A stretch of DNA of 48,857 nt from a virus (Duplodnaviria; Caudoviricetes): IMG/VR virus record IMGVR_UViG_3300011443_000006, positions 1 to 48,857 of that record. One strand, written 5' to 3'. This document shows, one piece after another, positions 10,083 to 17,834 of this stretch. The notes below the pieces were generated by a model, which saw nothing but the letters and a program-made list of their open reading frames with translations, was not told the DNA's origin and searched no databases. Within the stretch, counting starts at the first letter, position 1. The number at the start of each line of letters is the position of its first letter. A program made the position numbers and the translations under genes.

Positions 10083-11782
10083 TAGTCAACCACTGTGTCG
10101 TAGTAGATTGTGTAGTCCAGCGAGCACGCGGCCGACAGCACGATATCCAGCCGTGTCGCCGTGGAGAGGTGATACACCCCATCCAGTGGAACGGAGTAGG
10201 CGCCGTACTGCGGGAGTACCGCATGGTTCGCCTCTGACCCAGCCGCGCCGTTGCGAGTCGAGACACGGCACGCCGTGGCGCTGCCGTTGGCGTAACTGAT
10301 GCGGTTGATCACCAAGTGCGTGCCCATCGACGGCGCCGAGATGACGCTGGTTGTGGTGGCTGTGATTGGCGTGGCATTCGATGACGCGATCTGTGACGCG
10401 ATCTTCGTGGTGTAGCTGCGGCCGTAGGGATCAAACGACGCCTTGACGTCGTCGCCAGCATCGACCGCCGTGCCAAACACCTTTCGCGCCTCGCCGAGTG
10501 TCCGATAGCCTTCGACGCTCGTGGCCGCACCGTGCGAACCGACCCCGGCCAGCATTGCATCACTGTTCGACAGCGCAGTTGTGCTATTAACATCAATTAC
10601 CCACGTCGCGCCATTCGCGTTGACACGCTGATAGGTGAAATCGTTATCTTCTGCGGCAAGCGCGGACAATGCGTCATCGCGCACCACAAGCATGACTGAC
10701 CCAATGTCAGCATTCGTGGCAGCTACGTCTGCGACGTTTTCTGTTGCCACATGCAGCCGACCGACCAAGTCCGTCCACAGCGGGACAGCGTCATCGTCCG
10801 CCGACATCGCCGTGGGTGTAGCCGTGGACCCTCTCGCATACAACTGCGGGCCGTCGTTCTTGAACGGATCGTCAATGTGCGCTTCGGTGGCGAGTGACGC
10901 CAAGAGCGTGTCGAGCGCATCCACGACGAGGCCCAACGTAGATTCCGAAGCGATGTCTACACTATTGCTCTGCACCTGAAACGCCGTGCCACCGCTCACA
11001 AACTGCACGCTCAGCACATCGGCGTCAGGCGTGCCTGCCGTGCCAAAGATGGCATCCGTCCCGAAGATGGTTTCCACGGCGTCAATGTGGGTGATGATCG
11101 TGTCGAGCTTCGCGTCCGTGGCGACACCCGTCACGGTGGCCGTGACCGTGCCCGTCACTGTCACGTCGTTGTTCGCGCCCAGGTTGACCGTTACGCCGTC
11201 CGTCGCGTCACCAATCATCCGCGCCCACGCGGAGCCGGTCCAGACGTAGCCGAGCCCGCCCTGGAGCCCAAACGTCTGCCCACCCGCCACGCCGCCGTCG
11301 TCAGTGTCCGTCGTGCCGCCCGAGCAGCCGGAGTCGCAGATGACGTTCAGCGCACCAGCCCCGTCACTCACCGTGAGCGGTCCGCTGCTGTCTACGATGA
11401 CGTTCAAGGCCCCAGAGCCGTCCGTGACGGTCACCGCGTTGGTAATCGTCGTGACCGCTGTGATCGTCCCTGAATCCACGATCACGTTCAGCGACCCCGC
11501 GCCGTCCGTCACCGTGACCGGATTCGTGATCGTGGTGACCGCCGTCAGCGTGCCGGAGTCCACAATCGTATTGAGCGCCCCGGCGCCATCCGTTACCGTG
11601 ACCGTGCCCGTCACCGCGATCCCGTCCGCGATGTCACTCAGCGTCGTCAGGGCCGTCGACAACTGTGACGCCGTCGCGAGGTCGGCGCTGTTGCTCTGGA
11701 CTTGGACGGCCTGTTGCGCGAACGCCGGAGACGACTGGAGGCACACCACGGCCACCATCACTCGCGCGATTACCTTGACCAT
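10082..11782 (-). CDS. Tail-fibre-like repeat protein with signal peptide
   Basis: Start MVKVIARVMVAVVCLQSSPAFA|QQ with AGGAG RBS; four TV(T/S)DG.G.LN.I.DS repeats. Confidence 0.65.
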   Translation of the reverse strand: MVKVIARVMVAVVCLQSSPAFAQQAVQVQSNSADLATASQLSTALTTLSDIADGIAVTGTVTVTDGAGALNTIVDSGTLTAVTTITNPVTVTDGAGSLNVIVDSGTITAVTTITNAVTVTDGSGALNVIVDSSGPLTVSDGAGALNVICDSGCSGGTTDTDDGGVAGGQTFGLQGGLGYVWTGSAWARMIGDATDGVTVNLGANNDVTVTGTVTATVTGVATDAKLDTIITHIDAVETIFGTDAIFGTAGTPDADVLSVQFVSGGTAFQVQSNSVDIASESTLGLVVDALDTLLASLATEAHIDDPFKNDGPQLYARGSTATPTAMSADDDAVPLWTDLVGRLHVATENVADVAATNADIGSVMLVVRDDALSALAAEDNDFTYQRVNANGATWVIDVNSTTALSNSDAMLAGVGSHGAATSVEGYRTLGEARKVFGTAVDAGDDVKASFDPYGRSYTTKIASQIASSNATPITATTTSVISAPSMGTHLVINRISYANGSATACRVSTRNGAAGSEANHAVLPQYGAYSVPLDGVYHLSTATRLDIVLSAACSLDYTIYYDTVVD

Positions 11783-11786
11783 GCGA

Positions 11787-12326
11787 CTACTCCTGGCGGT
11801 ACGTGACGCCAACACGAATCGTGCCGGTTGAACCGCTCGTGATCTTGAAGTTAATGGGCCGGTTGACCGCACCCTTGAAGACGAATCCCGGCGGCGACAC
11901 CGCCAGCGCCGTATTCATGCCGCCATTCGCCCACATCGTCAGCGGCCACAACAGCGTGGAGCCCTTGAAGAACCCACACTGAATCGGACCAGCCTCCGAC
12001 GACGTCACCGTATACGCAGAGACATACGGCACCGTCGCGGCCGACGAGATGATCGTGGTATCGGTGCTGTTCCCAACCGTGCTGTTCGCAATCGTCGCGA
12101 ACACCGTGGGCACCGTCGGCACACTTCGCACGACAAGCCCGTAGTCGGTCGAAGCCGGCGCCGCCGCGAGCACGCGCGCAATCTCGTTCGTGCTCTCCGC
12201 GCCGGAGATGACTTGCAGTTCTTGGTGGCGGACGGTCGAGTTCCAGTTCTGCGTGACCGTCGCCAACCGCATCGTGATCGTGGATGCGGCTGGTTGGCTT
12301 AGGCCAATGTCACTTCCTGTCGCCAT
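11787..12326 (-). CDS. Ser/Thr-rich virion protein
   Basis: Start MATGSDIG with GGAGAG RBS; beta-rich, late operon. Confidence 0.65.
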   Translation of the reverse strand: MATGSDIGLSQPAASTITMRLATVTQNWNSTVRHQELQVISGAESTNEIARVLAAAPASTDYGLVVRSVPTVPTVFATIANSTVGNSTDTTIISSAATVPYVSAYTVTSSEAGPIQCGFFKGSTLLWPLTMWANGGMNTALAVSPPGFVFKGAVNRPINFKITSGSTGTIRVGVTYRQE

Positions 12327-12510
12327 TGGCGCTCTCCTTCCGCTTCCGCTGGATCCACTCCCACGCGATTTGCGAGGCGCCGAATCCGCCACCCAGGATC
12401 ACGGACGTTTGCCACGCCGGATACCCGGACACGATGACTGCCGGATCCGCCTCCGTCGAAGGCGGCCCGGCCGTCTGCCAGTAGTTGCTGTGGAACGCTG
12501 CGCCAGGCAT
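12310..12510 (-). CDS. Small hypothetical protein
   Basis: 66 aa, TGATG-coupled to the upstream gene. Confidence 0.55.
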   Translation of the reverse strand: MPGAAFHSNYWQTAGPPSTEADPAVIVSGYPAWQTSVILGGGFGASQIAWEWIQRKRKESANGDRK

Positions 12511-12899
12511 CAGGCCATCACCTCAACTTGCAGCGTCACCGCCGCATCGCCGGTAATCGCCACCGCCGGCCGCACCCGCAGCCGATCCCCGCTCGTCCCG
12601 ACAAACCGCAACACGTACTGAGCCGACTGGTTGACGGTGGCGAAGATGTGGACCCGCCCGAGTGCGCCGCCACAGGTGCTCAGGGCCGTGGAGCCGAGAC
12701 CAGAGGACAAGCACTGCTCCACCCAGTACTGAGAACTAGTCGAGCAGCCGATGACGATTCTGGCTTCGTGGAGGACTGGGCCGCGATTCGCCTCGCCGCC
12801 CAAGTTGAGGATTTCCGCAAGAAGGACGGCGGTAGACGGGTTGGTCGCCGCCGCCTGCGTAGACGTGCGCGGGGGATTCCCCGGAGCATAGAACGACAT
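12510..12899 (-). CDS. Ser/Thr-rich virion accessory protein
   Basis: 129 aa beta-rich protein downstream of MCP. Confidence 0.65.
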   Translation of the reverse strand: MSFYAPGNPPRTSTQAAATNPSTAVLLAEILNLGGEANRGPVLHEARIVIGCSTSSQYWVEQCLSSGLGSTALSTCGGALGRVHIFATVNQSAQYVLRFVGTSGDRLRVRPAVAITGDAAVTLQVEVMA

Positions 12900-12905
12900 G
12901 GCCGG

Positions 12906-13331
12906 TTACTCCGACCGCGACGAATCAACGAATCGGCGGTAGCCGCTCAGCACCCACGTGACATTGGTCATTGCCGCCATCGATCCGGCGTCCGAGTAGT
13001 GCAGGCGCACCGTGGACCCACTCAGGATCCGCACGCCTTCCTTCTCGCCAGCCGACGGGGGAATCACATTGAGCGTGTGCGCGCCAGCCGTGGTGGAGGT
13101 GAACGTGACCGACGATACGACCGTCGAGTCATCCGTCACCCACATGGCGCCCTGGCTCGAGCCCGTCGATCCGCGATACGCGCAGAACTCCGTGGCGTAC
13201 CAGTCTTCACCGGGCGGCACAATCGTTGCCGCCGACACGGTCGAGACGCCCGTGGACGTCGCCGCAAATCCGAGACTAATAAGAGTGGCCTTGGCGCCGT
13301 AGGCAGGGCCAGAGAAGCGCGTACGTCCCAT
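12906..13331 (-). CDS. Capsid-associated/decoration-like protein
   Basis: N-terminal T.FSGP motif common in genes directly after phage MCPs; GGAGG RBS. Confidence 0.6.
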   Translation of the reverse strand: MGRTRFSGPAYGAKATLISLGFAATSTGVSTVSAATIVPPGEDWYATEFCAYRGSTGSSQGAMWVTDDSTVVSSVTFTSTTAGAHTLNVIPPSAGEKEGVRILSGSTVRLHYSDAGSMAAMTNVTWVLSGYRRFVDSSRSE

Positions 13332-13339
13332 CGATCAAT

Positions 13340-13450
13340 CCTCCGCGTGTCATGTCGTCGCTCGCAGTGGCACGCGAACCACCAGCCCGAAGGCCACGAG
13401 CGACAAGGTAGCGGCGCGCGGTTTGAGGCCGAATCTCCGCGCGCCGCACC
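13340..13450 (-). other. Structured intergenic RNA element after MCP
   Basis: 11-bp stem GCGGCGCGCGG/CCGCGCGCCGC, then a three-way junction closed by GUCGCUCG/CGAGCGAC with a cUUCGg-capped arm. Confidence 0.5.
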
Positions 13451-13461
13451 GCACCAGGGAC

Positions 13462-14382
13462 TTATGCGCCCTGCGTGCCCCAGGCGTTCTGCGCGATGTC
13501 CGCGTAGAACGAATAGCGGAACCGAATCGGGTAGAGCCGCGATGACGTGCGCGGATCCGTCCGGGGCGACTCCTGCGTGATCGGCACGCGCTCGTACGCC
13601 TTGATGCCGTGCATGTCCTTGTTCGCGGACAGCAGGAACCAGGCGTTCGTGTCGGTCAAGAGCGGGTTGACGACAATCGAGATGTCGCGCCGCGACTTGA
13701 TCGAGTTGCGGTCGTTGTCCGCCGACAGCGGGAGACCGTTGCTGTTGACGATCCGATCCGCCAGCATTTCAAGCTGGGGCGGAACGTACAGGACCAAGTT
13801 CTGCGCCGACAGCGCCAACTGGCCGCTATCGTGCTTGGTCTCGGTCGCCAGGTCGATGATGGCTGCGTTCAGCGAGTCCCACGACAGATTGACGTCCGTC
13901 GAGGGCTTGTTGCGGAACGTGCCACCACGCACCAGCGGGTGAGCCGTCGAGAAGATGGCCTGTCCGTCGGCCGTGGTCTCCGTCGAGAACCCGTTGTTGA
14001 ACAGGTTGACTGCGCGCTTCTCCAGCACGTAGCCCGCCGAGAACGCGAGCCACGTCGCGTACTTCTTCAACTGGTCGTAGCGATCGTCTTCCAGCGCGGT
14101 CTGGGTGACCTCGAAGGCCATGCCAAACTCCGTGTGGGTGACGCGCTTTTCGTGACCGGGCATCAGGATGTCGGTGGGGTAGGCCGCGCCTTCCGCCTTC
14201 TCCGTGATGTCGCCAAAGCCGACGATGTTCATGCTGATCTCGGTCTGCCGATCCGAGGTCTGCACCTTCGTCACTTTGCGCCAGATGTCGGGCAGCTCCT
14301 TGAGCTGCTTGCCCAACATCACCCCGATCATCCGATCGGTGTTGTCGTGAAGCTGTGGAAGCGATCCGCGTGTCTGTGCCAT
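13462..14382 (-). CDS. Major capsid protein (HK97 fold, Mu-like gpT-related)
   Basis: 306 aa; GFG....K.EG, FEVT..ALEDDRY, DGQAIFST.HP, LYVPPQL, NPLLTDTNAWFL, RYSF..WG..GA motifs. Confidence 0.9.
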   Translation of the reverse strand: MAQTRGSLPQLHDNTDRMIGVMLGKQLKELPDIWRKVTKVQTSDRQTEISMNIVGFGDITEKAEGAAYPTDILMPGHEKRVTHTEFGMAFEVTQTALEDDRYDQLKKYATWLAFSAGYVLEKRAVNLFNNGFSTETTADGQAIFSTAHPLVRGGTFRNKPSTDVNLSWDSLNAAIIDLATETKHDSGQLALSAQNLVLYVPPQLEMLADRIVNSNGLPLSADNDRNSIKSRRDISIVVNPLLTDTNAWFLLSANKDMHGIKAYERVPITQESPRTDPRTSSRLYPIRFRYSFYADIAQNAWGTQGA

Positions 14383-14394
14383 GATTCGTCTCCC

Positions 14395-14874
14395 TTAGAA
14401 GCCGAACCGCGGGGACGTCGCGGTGCTCAGAAAGCGGAAGGTGACAAAGCCGTTGGTCGTACCGATGTCCGTTTGCAGACCAGTGATCACGACCTGCGCC
14501 GACGTGGCGTTCTGGTCGATGTAGTGGATGCCGAGCGTGGAGTCATACGCGAACGCGCGACGTGCGCCGACGAGCGTGGAGGCGATGACTTCCTTCACCG
14601 CGCCGACAAATTCGACGCCGGGATTCGCTTCGTAGACAGGGAGGACGGTGTCTTGCACCGAAGAAGCCGGTGCGCCAGCGATGCCCACAATCGCCGAAGA
14701 GTTCGTGGACATGATGCGGACGCGGTGGCTGTTGGTCGTCGCGGCCTGTTCCAACACGTTGCCAGCACGGAAGGTGGACGCAGCCACCTCCAGTGCCCCG
14801 TAAATCGGGGTCTGGCCGAACGCTGATCGGAATGGCCGTGGACCGTGTCCTGAGGACAGGTCAACAGTTGCCAT
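14395..14874 (-). CDS. Capsid decoration/cement-like protein
   Basis: Start MATVDLSSG; G.RP, IVGIA, VY..NP motifs; directly upstream of MCP. Confidence 0.6.
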   Translation of the reverse strand: MATVDLSSGHGPRPFRSAFGQTPIYGALEVAASTFRAGNVLEQAATTNSHRVRIMSTNSSAIVGIAGAPASSVQDTVLPVYEANPGVEFVGAVKEVIASTLVGARRAFAYDSTLGIHYIDQNATSAQVVITGLQTDIGTTNGFVTFRFLSTATSPRFGF

Positions 14875-15103
14875 AGCGAGGCTCACAATCTGCAACGCCC
14901 TAGACGGACGTCACACGGAGTGACTGTGGGCTCAGAAGGAGGCGACTCGCTGCGTCTGAGAACCCTGACGCGCAACGAGCGACAGCGACGGTCGGCGTGA
15001 GTGCCGTCCTGGTGCGCGCCGATCGCTCACCGCAGCCAGGACCAAGGGACGCGACGGGACGGGTAGGACTACGTGGCGCCCGTCACATCGTGCGCGCCAC
15101 GCA
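14875..15103 (-). ncRNA. Highly structured 5' leader with three tandem H-type pseudoknots
   Basis: Non-coding ~230 nt below a sigma70-like promoter; three stem1/stem2 pairings read by eye (see findings). Confidence 0.6.
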
Positions 15104-15108
15104 GGTCA

Positions 15109-15138
15109 AGCTTACGCCTTGACAGGTGTCTGTGTCAA
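15109..15138 (-). promoter_or_regulatory. Sigma70-like promoter of the capsid operon, overlapped by an inverted repeat
   Basis: TTGACA-18 bp-TAAGCT; CTTGACA-N8-TGTCAAG at 15118-15139. Confidence 0.65.
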
Positions 15139-15305
15139 GTGAGCGGTCCACCCCAAAGAATAAACTCTCGCCGCGCGAGGACAGTCACGCTCACCCGAAG
15201 GCGGTTGTTCGGCCCGTCCGGCCAGTCATACCAGAACAGGCTGACAGGCCCGGCCTTGATGCCCCACCGGCCAGCCATGACGGTCCACCAGCGATAACGA
15301 GCCAC
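15135..15305 (-). CDS. Small Trp-rich hypothetical protein (56 aa, not in ORF track)
   Basis: GTG directly after upstream stop; MARYRWWTVMAGRWGIK..ILWGGPLT. Confidence 0.4.
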   Translation of the reverse strand: MARYRWWTVMAGRWGIKAGPVSLFWYDWPDGPNNRLRVSVTVLARREFILWGGPLT

Positions 15306-15857
15306 CTACGCCCCTCCGGTGACCCTATCGGAGCCGGTGACGTGGATGTTGCCGTGGGTGAAGTCTCCAGCTTCCGGCCCGAGCTGGGCGCCGGCTGCAC
15401 TCGCCACGGCTTCCTTGACGGCCTTCGCGGAGCCGATGCCCTTGGAGTTGACCGCAGACTTGGCCGCCGTGATGCGCGCCCTCGTCTCCTTCGGCTGCTT
15501 GTAGAGCCGTCCCTGAGACGCCCCCTGCGGTCCCCGGCAGAGCGCCCCCGTGGCATCGACCTGCCAGCCGATGGCCGTCGGGTCCACTCCTTCAGCTAAG
15601 TCCTCTATTCGCACAGGGATCCAGCCAAATTCATGCACCATCCGATAGTGCGCGTTGTGGTCCGCCAGCGCGTTGGCTTCGTAGGTCGCCCACTTCCCCG
15701 GTTCGCGGAGTGGCACGGCCATCTGTCGCGCACCGAACGGCTCGCCGGCCAGACGGCGGGCGATGACGGCTTCCACGTCGAACGTCTCTTCTCTCGGGGC
15801 CACGGTAATCTTCGGCGGTCGGCCGGGTCCACGCTTTTCGGTCTGTTCCTCGTCCAT
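15306..15857 (-). CDS. Head-module hypothetical protein
   Basis: Start MDEEQTEKRGPGRPPK coupled (TAATG) to scaffold stop; GWIPV motif. Confidence 0.7.
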   Translation of the reverse strand: MDEEQTEKRGPGRPPKITVAPREETFDVEAVIARRLAGEPFGARQMAVPLREPGKWATYEANALADHNAHYRMVHEFGWIPVRIEDLAEGVDPTAIGWQVDATGALCRGPQGASQGRLYKQPKETRARITAAKSAVNSKGIGSAKAVKEAVASAAGAQLGPEAGDFTHGNIHVTGSDRVTGGA

Positions 15858-16753
15858 TACATCCCCTTCGGTGTGTTTTTGGCGGCTTTGAGGTATTCGG
15901 CGTCCGACATGCCCGATTCCCTCGCATACCGACGTTCCATTGCAGAGAGCACCGCTGGCTCGCCAGAGCCCCCGGAGTGTTCGGTGAAGACTGGCGCCCC
16001 CAGTGGGGCGGGAGCCGCCACAGGAGCCGCCGCCGGGGCGCTCTGCGCCTTCTGCCAGCGTGTCAGGTTGTACGCCCGCTCCCAGATGAACATGGCGGAT
16101 TCCTTGTTCGCCAGCGCCGCCATGCCACCAGGTTGGTTCCCCACCTTGTTCCACAGTTCCCGCATGATTTCCGGGTCGGCCTTCTCCTTGGTCACTGGGT
16201 CTTGCCACGCCTTCAGGTCGGCAAAGACGGCCTGGGCTTTGCTGATTTCGGCCTGCTGGTGGATGGGCGCGACGTGCGCCGCCGCCATCTTCTGCGCCGC
16301 CTTCAGCACGCGGGCCTGATGCCGGCCGGCTCGCTCCAGGTCCAGCGCCCCGTCTTTGTAGAAGTCCAGATCCCGCGCCACTTCCTCCAGTTCGGCGGTC
16401 TCTTCGGCTGACGGGCCTTGCGGGGCGGGCTGCTGTTGCGGCTGCGGCGCCTGCAACATCGTCTTGGCGGCTTCGACAAAGGGCCGCGAGGCGTCCAGAT
16501 CCGCCCGCACTTGGGCGAGCTGCTGCTCCAGCTCCGTGGCCCGCCGCGCGCCTTCCTTATACTTCTTGGCTTCGTCCCTGGCCTTGGTCACCGCCGCCAG
16601 TGGCACCATCGGGCCTTCGGGAATCTCGATGGCCGACGCCTCTAGGGCCGCAAACTCAGCCTCTTCAACGGCTTCCGGGTCGGCTATCGGGGCGACAGGT
16701 TCTGGCGCTGGCGCCTCTGGTGGCGCTTCTGGTGCTTCTACTTCGTCACTCAT
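15857..16753 (-). CDS. Capsid scaffolding protein
   Basis: Acidic/Pro N-terminus, MVPLAAV..R coiled coil, C-terminal LS..E...AR..GMS..EY helix. Confidence 0.75.
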   Translation of the reverse strand: MSDEVEAPEAPPEAPAPEPVAPIADPEAVEEAEFAALEASAIEIPEGPMVPLAAVTKARDEAKKYKEGARRATELEQQLAQVRADLDASRPFVEAAKTMLQAPQPQQQPAPQGPSAEETAELEEVARDLDFYKDGALDLERAGRHQARVLKAAQKMAAAHVAPIHQQAEISKAQAVFADLKAWQDPVTKEKADPEIMRELWNKVGNQPGGMAALANKESAMFIWERAYNLTRWQKAQSAPAAAPVAAPAPLGAPVFTEHSGGSGEPAVLSAMERRYARESGMSDAEYLKAAKNTPKGM

Positions 16754-17148
16754 TCGGCCTCCAACACGGCAACAATCTGGTCTTCATTCATCAGCAGGTA
16801 CCGCGCGCCGTCCACGTCCATGACCGTGCCAGCCGTATAGGGAAACGCGACGTGGTCGCCAACCTTGACCTCTGACATGTTCTCGTAACGCGCCAAGATG
16901 CCAAGCACGGACGCCCGAACGGCCTTCAGTTCAGCGCACGGAGACGCCATACGGTCAAGTAACTGCACCACCATCTGAAGAGATTCCCTGCGAACCTTGT
17001 GCGCTGACGCTGGCCCGCTGCCAATCATTACCACGCGCCCGCTCATCTCGTACTCGAAGTGGCTGTCAGGGATGGCGAGCCCGCTGGCGGTTTCCTTCGC
17101 CTGTACGTCTGGCTGAATCAGCACCCGACCGGCCAGTGGACGGATCAC
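16750..17148 (-). CDS. groES: Co-chaperonin GroES-like protein with internal insertion
   Basis: IRPLAGRVLIQP, ETASGLAIPD, GRVVMIGSG, VKVGDHV.F..TAGT, YLLMNE..IVAV. Confidence 0.85.
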   Translation of the reverse strand: MIRPLAGRVLIQPDVQAKETASGLAIPDSHFEYEMSGRVVMIGSGPASAHKVRRESLQMVVQLLDRMASPCAELKAVRASVLGILARYENMSEVKVGDHVAFPYTAGTVMDVDGARYLLMNEDQIVAVLEAE

Positions 17149-17441
17149 AGCGACCCCCGCCTGCTCTGATTGACTGGCATCATCCGTGCGACTTGCAGAT
17201 GCGTGACGCGCGCCTCGACGCCACGGAAGAAACCTTCAATCTCCCGCCGTGACTTGATGATGACTTGCAGGTTCTGCATGTTCGGCTGCTCCCCGTTCGG
17301 GGCCGACATCATGCGCTCCAACTCCTGCACGTAGCGCACGCCCGCAGGGCCAAACTCTTCCTGCGCCATCGCCTTGATCCGGGTCCACCCCGGATGCTGC
17401 GTGACTTCTTCCAGTTCCCTTAGTTCATCAGGATCGGTCAT
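17145..17441 (-). CDS. Conserved post-portal helical protein
   Basis: L....HPGW motif seen in small genes following phage portals. Confidence 0.6.
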   Translation of the reverse strand: MTDPDELRELEEVTQHPGWTRIKAMAQEEFGPAGVRYVQELERMMSAPNGEQPNMQNLQVIIKSRREIEGFFRGVEARVTHLQVARMMPVNQSRRGSL

Positions 17442-17710
17442 GCTATTTTCGCCGTCATGTCGCCAAGAGCCTTGATCATTTGCCCCTGATACCCACATGA
17501 GGGACACTCCCACACACGCTGCAAGATGAACCACTTGCGGTGGAGCACGGCACTCGCCGCGATCTTCGCGTCATCCTCCGTGTCATAGCCAAGCACTGAC
17601 ACCGTTGCCGCCCAGTGCAACTTGCCCATCGGGTACTCTTCGTCGCTGTCGTGCCCGATAAATTCCCAGTGGTAATGCCGTTCCACTGCCGGCCTCGTGT
17701 CATCCATCAA
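17438..17710 (-). CDS. Hypothetical protein with CxxC
   Basis: 90 aa, WECPSCG; ATGA-coupled to the next gene. Confidence 0.55.
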   Translation of the reverse strand: MMDDTRPAVERHYHWEFIGHDSDEEYPMGKLHWAATVSVLGYDTEDDAKIAASAVLHRKWFILQRVWECPSCGYQGQMIKALGDMTAKIA

Positions 17711-17834
17711 GCCTCCATTCGTGATCGGTCACGGCGTACACCAAGTGGGATGAATAATGAGATTCAGCACCAACCCTGTCACCGCAACGAGAAAACCAAA
17801 CATGAAAGACCAACCGTGTGTCACTCGGCCTCCC

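Noticed and set aside
11320-11620. Tandem repeats in the fibre-like gene as a DGR template/variable pair
   Set aside because: They are in-frame protein repeats without adenine-specific differences, and no reverse transcriptase is present.
13340-13410. Multi-stem intergenic structure as a tRNA
   Set aside because: No cloverleaf with correct D, anticodon and T-arm spacing and no acceptor end.
15857-16208. N-terminal extensions given by the ORF track (e.g. 15306..16208, 10082..11872, 36923..37783, 35777..36127)
   Set aside because: They overlap upstream genes extensively; downstream starts with an RBS or stop/start coupling fit better.
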